From Halanaerobacter jeridensis (GTDB taxonomy: Bacteria > Bacillota > Halanaerobiia > Halobacteroidales > Halobacteroidaceae), in assembly GCF_016908315.1 (NCBI RefSeq), contig NZ_JAFBDQ010000005.1, positions 1 through 64,000 of the forward strand: 64,000 nucleotides of DNA, written 5' to 3'. Positions 58,383 to 64,000 of the stretch are shown here, piece after piece. Position 1 is the first letter of the stretch; every line of letters starts with the position of its first letter. The position numbers and the translations under genes were made by a program. The notes beneath the pieces were generated by a model, which made no database searches, was not told the origin of the DNA, and saw only the letters and a program-made list of their open reading frames with translations.

Positions 58383-59504
58383 TTGCTTTTAATGGTCTTG
58401 AATTTAATTATCTATTATCCATTATTACTTAAACCTGGAGGTGAAATTTTGCTTTACACACAAAAAGATTATATGAAATTTGCTTTAATTGTGAGCGATT
58501 ATGAACAGAAAAAATATCCGCAGTCAAAATTAAGTTTGCACCTTTTAACTACTATCTTTCAGCATTCACTCAGGCAAGAAATAAATATTTTTTCCTGTAG
58601 CAAACAGCAGCGTGAAAATATAATCACCACTGCTTTTGATCATAATCAATACTATGAAAGCCGCGTTAAAAAGGCTAAGCAGGTGTTTTTAAATCAAGAA
58701 TATCTCAACAAATTAACATCTCAAGTAGAAACCGAATTAGAACTTTGTCAAAAAAATAATATCAATTTTTTAGAATATGAAAGCAAAGATTATCCGGCAC
58801 CACTGCAAGAAATTGCTACGCCACCTGTAGTCTTATTTTACCAGGGCCAACTCCCATCTGATGCCGCCCTGCAGCAATCCTTAGCCGTAGTAGGCTCGCG
58901 CGACTGTGAACAGTACGGTCAGAATATTGCCCATTCAGCCGGCAGAATCTTAAGTGAACACGGTTGGTGGAATATCAGCGGTTTAGCCGCTGGGTGTGAC
59001 ACGAATGGTCACTGGGGGTCACTAGAAGCCAACGGTTTAACCGGGGCAGTCTTGGCCCACGGCTTGGCAGCAGATATTTATCCCCCGGAAAATAAAGATT
59101 TAGCTGCAGAAATTATAAGTAGCGGCGGTTTTTTATTGTCCGAAGTTGCTCCTTCAACCTCCACAGCCCCCCACTTTTTCAAATGGCGGGATAGACTGCA
59201 GAGTGGGTTAACTAAAGGTATCTTTGTTGTAGAAACTGGCCGAACTGGAGGTACACTACACACAACTAACTATGCACTGCGGCAGGGAAAGCAAGTTTAT
59301 GTCTGGGAACCGACTACGCCAAGTATTTTACCTGAAGAAAAAATTGAAGGTAATTTGATGTTAGTCGGCCTTAAAGAACCAAATGACAATTTTAAGATTA
59401 AATCACAACAGCGCTTAGATAAAATTAACTCCCTTTCTTGTCCTCGGGAGTTAATAGACGAGTTTGAAAGATTACAGCAAGAAGAATTAACGTTTCAGTT
59501 TTAG
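58383..59504 (+). CDS. DprA/Smf-like Rossmann-fold (SLOG) protein with N-terminal extension
   Basis: VVLFYQG...LAVVGSRDCEQYG...GLAAGCDTNGHWGSLEANG...LLSEVAP...RNR-like WRDRLQSGL...VVETGRTGGTLHTTNYALRQGKQVYV. Locally GC-rich (58840-59300). Confidence 0.5.
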   Translation: MLLMVLNLIIYYPLLLKPGGEILLYTQKDYMKFALIVSDYEQKKYPQSKLSLHLLTTIFQHSLRQEINIFSCSKQQRENIITTAFDHNQYYESRVKKAKQVFLNQEYLNKLTSQVETELELCQKNNINFLEYESKDYPAPLQEIATPPVVLFYQGQLPSDAALQQSLAVVGSRDCEQYGQNIAHSAGRILSEHGWWNISGLAAGCDTNGHWGSLEANGLTGAVLAHGLAADIYPPENKDLAAEIISSGGFLLSEVAPSTSTAPHFFKWRDRLQSGLTKGIFVVETGRTGGTLHTTNYALRQGKQVYVWEPTTPSILPEEKIEGNLMLVGLKEPNDNFKIKSQQRLDKINSLSCPRELIDEFERLQQEELTFQF

Positions 59505-59682
59505 AATCTGTCAGCGTTCAGTTGTCAACCTTCAACGGTTAGACGAAGACTCTATGAGCTCTGAGCAGTGAGGCAGGAGTTGAAATATTACTAGTTGAAA
59601 GCTCTTAGTTGTCAGCTCTCAGCACTTAGAAGAAAAGATAGGATATTGAAGTTAAGAACATAAAGGCAAACTCTTTTTAAGA

Positions 59683-59720
59683 CAAAGAAGCCATGCCCTT
59701 TCGGGCATGGCTTCTTTTAG
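59683..59720. terminator. bidirectional Rho-independent terminator between convergent genes
   Basis: aagaagccatgccc tttc gggcatggcttctt. Confidence 0.8.
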
Positions 59721-59779
59721 CTAGTTCTTTTTTAGCTTTTAGCTGACTACTACTGATAGTTGACAGCTAATTACAGCTA

Positions 59780-62485
59780 TTAAGTGCTGCTTTGTCTAAT
59801 CTTCAGTACCTGAATTATTACATTCGGAATAATAAATCCTAGTGAAATAGCCGGCCACATTCCTAACGGAATAGCCGTAGTCTTTAAAACTGTCTGTAAA
59901 AACGGATTATAAATAGCTAGTATCTGTAATAGAAAACTAACTACAATCGACAAGATCAAATATGGATTTTCTAATACTGACTTGTCATATCCAGTTCCCT
60001 TTTGCCGTCGAACATTAAAGGCATGCAGCAACTGGGTAAAGGAGAACACAGCAAAACTAATGGTGCGACTTAACTCCACACTATATCCGCTGTTTAAGAC
60101 TATTAAATAAGTAACCAAGGCTCCAGCAGCAATCAAACTACTGTGCAGCAAAATTTCTTTCTTAAAATCATCATGTAAAATCGGCTTATCAGGGTCACGC
60201 GGTGACCTGCTCATGACATTAGGTTCTGCTACTTCCCATCCTAAAGATAAAGCTGGGAAGACATCAATTACTAGGTTTAACCATAAAATCTGTAACGCTA
60301 ACATTGGAACAGGCACTTGTAGTACTATACCTAAGAAAATAAGAATAATTTTACTTAAGTTACTTGAAAAGAGATAGTACATAAACTTCTTAATATTATC
60401 AAAAATAATTCGCCCTTGCTTAATAGCACTAACAATTGTACTAAAGCTGTCATCAAGCAGGACTATATCTGCCGTATTCTTAGCTACAGAAGTACCGCGT
60501 TGGCCCATAGCTACTCCAATATCAGCTTTTTTCAAAGCTGGAGCATCATTAACGCCGTCACCAGTCATAGCCGTAATCTCATTATTTTGATTTAAAGCAT
60601 CAATAATTTCTAATTTATTTTCCGGCGACACTCTCGTAAATACCGAATGAGTCTTAATTGCACTACTACGCTCTGCTGTCGTCATAGCATCAAATTCTTG
60701 CCCTGATAAATCAGAGTTGCTATCTTTGCTAATCCCAACTTTTTCAGCAATAGAAACAGCAGTATCGCGTTGATCACCAGTAATCATTTTAGTTTCAATT
60801 CCTGCTGCTTGCGCTTCTTGAATTGCATTAGCTGCTTCTTGCCGCGGGGGATCCATAATACCAGCTAATCCTGCAAAAACCAAACTAGATTCAATTGCTT
60901 CCTCAATTTCAGCTTCAGTTTCCGCCCTCACATCGGCTCGATAAGCAACAGCTAAGACACGCAGGCCATTTTGGGCCAAGGCTTGATTGCGCTCGGTTAG
61001 CTCATCAATCCTCTGTTCGGTTAGTTCTTTCTTTCCGTCAGTAGTTAATTCCTGATCACACATTTCTAAAACTACATCCGGCGCACCTTTAACAAAAATA
61101 TAATCGCCGTCGGGAATCTCATAAGAGACAGCCATATATTTCAATTCCGAGCTAAAAGGAATCTCTTCTAAACGTTGATAATCATTATCTTCCATTTTTT
61201 CTTTATCATAACCAGCCTTGTGGGCAGCAGTTACTAATGCCCCTTCAGTTGGATCGCCTACTACTTTCCAAGCTCCTGTTTCATCTTGATTAATCGCAGC
61301 ATTGCTGCATAAAGCTCCTGACTGTAAAAAGAGATCTAAATTCTTTTTCTCAGTTGCAGTTAACTGACTACCGTCTGCATCTTCAAACTCACCCTGCGGC
61401 TCATAGCCCGTGCCCGTTACATTTATCTCAGCATCAGGCAGTATAATCTGGCGTAAAGTCATTTGATTTTCAGTAATTGTACCTGTTTTATCAGTACAAA
61501 TAGTAGTCGTTGAACCCAGTGTTTCTACTGCCGACAAACGCCTAACTAAGGCATTTTTATCTACCATTTTGTTCATGCCAATTGCTAAAGTGATAGTTGC
61601 TACAATTGGTAATCCCTCAGGCACAGAAGCAATTGCTAAGGCAATACCTGTTTTAATCATTTCTTTGATTGGCTGTCCGACCAAAATTCCAATCCCTGTC
61701 ACAATCACTGCCACTACCAAAGTGATTTTAACTAAGGCTTTACCCATTGTATCCAATCTTTCTTCGAGCGGAGTTTCTTCTTGTTCAGTCTCTTGCAGCA
61801 TGTCACTAATTTGGCCCATTTCAGTGTCAGTACCGGTTCCAGTTACCAGTACTTCCGCATTACCTCTGGTCACTGAAGTTCCCATATAGACCATATTCTC
61901 TCTTTCAGCTAAAGCTATCTCTTCATCAACCGTGAAATTATGGTCTTTCGCTACCGTCTCCGATTCTCCTGTTAAAAGTGATTCGTTAATCTGCAGTTTA
62001 TCCGCATCAAGCAGTCGACCATCAGCCGCAACCCGGTCCCCTTCTTCAATTACTAAGATATCACCAGGGACTACTTCAGTTGCTTCAATTTCAATCGTTT
62101 TTCCGCCGCGGATTACTTTTGCAGTTGGTGAAATCACCTCTTTTAAAGCGGCAAGAGATTTTTCAGCTTTATACTCAGTAATAAATCCAAAGGCTCCATT
62201 AAATATAATAACTGCTAACACAGCCGCCCCTTCTATTACATCACCAATCGCAAAAGCAGCAATTGCAGCAACTAACAAAATTAATACAATTATATCTTTA
62301 AACTGCTCTAATAGTACTTCCCAAATTGAGACTTCACTTTTTTCTTCTAACTTATTTGGCCCATATTCTTTTAATTTTTGTTGAGCTTCACTACTGCTCA
62401 GACCAGTTTCTGTATCAACTGCGAAGTTCTCTATTAATTGCTCTAAATCCTGTTGATAATAATCTTCAGTAGATTTAGATATAAT
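59780..62485 (-). CDS. P-type Ca2+-transporting ATPase (PMCA/SERCA-type)
   Basis: DKTGTIT, TGDGVNDAPALKKADIGVAMG. The conserved N-terminal segment DTETGLSSSEAQQKLKEYGPNKLEEK continues in frame upstream of the annotated Met to an aggaggg RBS, with no ATG/GTG/TTG (possible ATT/ATA start at about 62482-62485). Confidence 0.8.
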   Translation of the reverse strand: MISKSTEDYYQQDLEQLIENFAVDTETGLSSSEAQQKLKEYGPNKLEEKSEVSIWEVLLEQFKDIIVLILLVAAIAAFAIGDVIEGAAVLAVIIFNGAFGFITEYKAEKSLAALKEVISPTAKVIRGGKTIEIEATEVVPGDILVIEEGDRVAADGRLLDADKLQINESLLTGESETVAKDHNFTVDEEIALAERENMVYMGTSVTRGNAEVLVTGTGTDTEMGQISDMLQETEQEETPLEERLDTMGKALVKITLVVAVIVTGIGILVGQPIKEMIKTGIALAIASVPEGLPIVATITLAIGMNKMVDKNALVRRLSAVETLGSTTTICTDKTGTITENQMTLRQIILPDAEINVTGTGYEPQGEFEDADGSQLTATEKKNLDLFLQSGALCSNAAINQDETGAWKVVGDPTEGALVTAAHKAGYDKEKMEDNDYQRLEEIPFSSELKYMAVSYEIPDGDYIFVKGAPDVVLEMCDQELTTDGKKELTEQRIDELTERNQALAQNGLRVLAVAYRADVRAETEAEIEEAIESSLVFAGLAGIMDPPRQEAANAIQEAQAAGIETKMITGDQRDTAVSIAEKVGISKDSNSDLSGQEFDAMTTAERSSAIKTHSVFTRVSPENKLEIIDALNQNNEITAMTGDGVNDAPALKKADIGVAMGQRGTSVAKNTADIVLLDDSFSTIVSAIKQGRIIFDNIKKFMYYLFSSNLSKIILIFLGIVLQVPVPMLALQILWLNLVIDVFPALSLGWEVAEPNVMSRSPRDPDKPILHDDFKKEILLHSSLIAAGALVTYLIVLNSGYSVELSRTISFAVFSFTQLLHAFNVRRQKGTGYDKSVLENPYLILSIVVSFLLQILAIYNPFLQTVLKTTAIPLGMWPAISLGFIIPNVIIQVLKIRQSST

Positions 62486-62567
62486 TAATCCCTCCTTAGT
62501 AATTAGTAATTAAACATTATTAAGGAAATATATCTTTTTATTATTTTCTCTATCTGACAGAAATACT

Positions 62568-64000
62568 TTAATTCAAACTTTCTTCTATCCTTCGTTTGAG
62601 CTGCCTTTTGCACTGTTCAGCATTAAGGTAAAAACTAGCCCCCTGCAGGTTATAAATATCCCAGCCAACTCTAATTAACTGCCGCTGTTTTCTCTTATCC
62701 TCCCACCATTGTTCAGGCGAATAAAATTGATCACCAGCACACTCAATCGCCATTCGATTTTGTTCTCCTTTAACTACTAGGTCAAGCACATGATTGCCGA
62801 TTTGTTCCTTAACCGTTACATTGTATCCTTCAGCTTTTAACCACTGATAAACATCCTTTTCTAACTGTGTTTCACACTTAACGCTTCTGTTTTTCTGCTC
62901 TAAGTACTGATGATTTTTAATATAATCTAATAATTTATAGCGCATATCATCTTCATTATCTAATTCCTGCTCTAATTTAACCGAATGCACTAAAATCACT
63001 TGATCTCTAGCTCGACTAACTGCTACATTAAAACGCTGCCGGGCACTACTTCGCGTTAAAGCTCTAAAGCGCCGATTACTAGCAACCACCATTGATAATA
63101 GCATTACATCTCTTTCGTCTCCCTGGAATGTATAAGCATCACCAGCTAAAAATTTATGCTCTTCTTGCTCTTGGGGAGTTAGATAATCATCAATTTTAGC
63201 AGCAATATATTCCGCCTGCTTCTTTCCTTTAAGAGAGACAACCCCAAAAGTTTTATCCTGATACATTGGATCTTGGCTTAATTCCTTCACTTTCTCACAA
63301 ATAACTTCTGCTTCTCGTTTATTTACTTTACCCTTACTATCAATTTCTCCCTCTTTGAGGTAAATATTTTCTAAAGTTGGCTTTAATCTTTGCTCTTCGC
63401 GTACATTACGCAGCGGTAATATCTTTCCTTCATAGAAATTTTGATTGCTAAATTCAATAATTTCAGGCAGTGAGCGGAAATGTTCTTTTAACATTAAATT
63501 ATAGCGTCCGTCAAAGGTAGCTTTAGCAATATCATAAAGACTCGTCTTTAAATCCATCATATTTTTATTAGCTAAATCTTTTAAATGCTGTTCAATAAAG
63601 ACCTCAATCTTATCCCGAGAAATTCCTACTACGCTAGGGCTAATCTGTTTTTCATCTCCCACAACAATCACCTTTTTAGCCCGGGCCAAAGCCAATAATG
63701 CTGTGATATTCGACTGGCTAGCTTCATCAATGATTAGCACATCAAAAGAATTCATCTCCCGCGTAATCGTCTCCGACACACGATAAAGCGGCATAATCCA
63801 CGTGGGAACAGCATTTTTAGCCTTTTTCATATACTTTTGCGCTTCTTTACTCCATTTAGCAGCATTCTTCCCCGTACCTTTACCAATTCTATTAACTGCA
63901 TGTTTCCATTTCTTCAAGGCATTAATATCAGCCTGTGAAGTATTTTCTTTTAATTTCAATTTCACTTTAGCTAAAACTAATTTACGCTTTAAATTAGTTA
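62568..64000 (-). CDS. SF1 (DNA2/NAM7-like) helicase-domain protein with C-terminal DUF559/Vsr-like endonuclease domain; N-terminus outside window
   Basis: VLIIDEASQS (motif II), VIVVGDEKQISP, C-terminal ...MAIECAGDQFYSPEQWWEDKRKQRQLIRVGWDIYNLQ. Open to the window end. Confidence 0.6.
   Translation of the reverse strand, partial: TNLKRKLVLAKVKLKLKENTSQADINALKKWKHAVNRIGKGTGKNAAKWSKEAQKYMKKAKNAVPTWIMPLYRVSETITREMNSFDVLIIDEASQSNITALLALARAKKVIVVGDEKQISPSVVGISRDKIEVFIEQHLKDLANKNMMDLKTSLYDIAKATFDGRYNLMLKEHFRSLPEIIEFSNQNFYEGKILPLRNVREEQRLKPTLENIYLKEGEIDSKGKVNKREAEVICEKVKELSQDPMYQDKTFGVVSLKGKKQAEYIAAKIDDYLTPQEQEEHKFLAGDAYTFQGDERDVMLLSMVVASNRRFRALTRSSARQRFNVAVSRARDQVILVHSVKLEQELDNEDDMRYKLLDYIKNHQYLEQKNRSVKCETQLEKDVYQWLKAEGYNVTVKEQIGNHVLDLVVKGEQNRMAIECAGDQFYSPEQWWEDKRKQRQLIRVGWDIYNLQGASFYLNAEQCKRQLKRRIEESLN

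Overview
AT-rich, low-GC Firmicute-like chromosome segment; almost all genes are on the minus strand. I could not run homology searches, so every protein call rests on motifs read directly from the ORF translations.

(1) Positions 1-13801 carry what looks like a previously undescribed integron-like cassette array. Seven 126-136 bp structured repeats (ends ATAACGTCCC...TGTTAT) each carry a long imperfect inverted repeat whose variable 7-nt stem segment co-varies to keep pairing (TGGGCTT/AAGCCCA, TGCGATT/AATCGCA, GCAGCTT/AAGCTGC, TAGGGTT/AACCCTA, TGGGGTT/AACCCCA), which is attC-like behaviour. They separate one- or two-gene promoter-poor cassettes, all on the minus strand. The array starts at a co-oriented tyrosine recombinase (12761-13801) that appears to lack the IntI-specific insertion, and it is interrupted at its distal end by an IS110-family transposase. 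Cassette cargo includes a complete Gabija defence system (OLD-family GajA plus UvrD-like GajB), a PD-(D/E)xK nuclease-domain protein, a YaaC-like/152-aa gene pair, a secreted coiled-coil repeat protein, an Asp23/Gls24 protein and an ORF-less cassette.

(2) Core genome follows: an MCP remnant, a flavodoxin/4Fe-4S protein, an MBL hydrolase, a TetR gene with an in-frame TAA, and an NfeD-flotillin-giant (1624 aa) AAA+ ATPase operon, then a repeat-rich intergenic region.

(3) A candidate toxin/effector locus comprises a lipoprotein, a 1372-aa class-3 lipase with NGDYG repeat modules, and a DUF4280 (PAAR-like) protein that is split by a transposase-less miniature IS200/IS605 derivative.

(4) A [NiFe]-hydrogenase and hypABFCDE maturation locus shows signs of decay. 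hypF is disrupted by a full IS200/IS605 element (tnpA, tnpB and a putative omega-RNA right end), and there are in-frame TAG codons in the hydrogenase large subunit and in hypB.

(5) The remainder holds a cold-shock protein, a cation:proton antiporter, three tandem LysM-repeat paralogs with palindromic upstream elements, a GC-rich DprA-like gene, a P-type Ca2+-ATPase and an SF1 helicase with a DUF559-like C-terminal domain that runs off the window.

Several genes carry frameshifts in A6-A7 or C6 homopolymers, so either the assembly has indel errors or these tracts are phase-variable.
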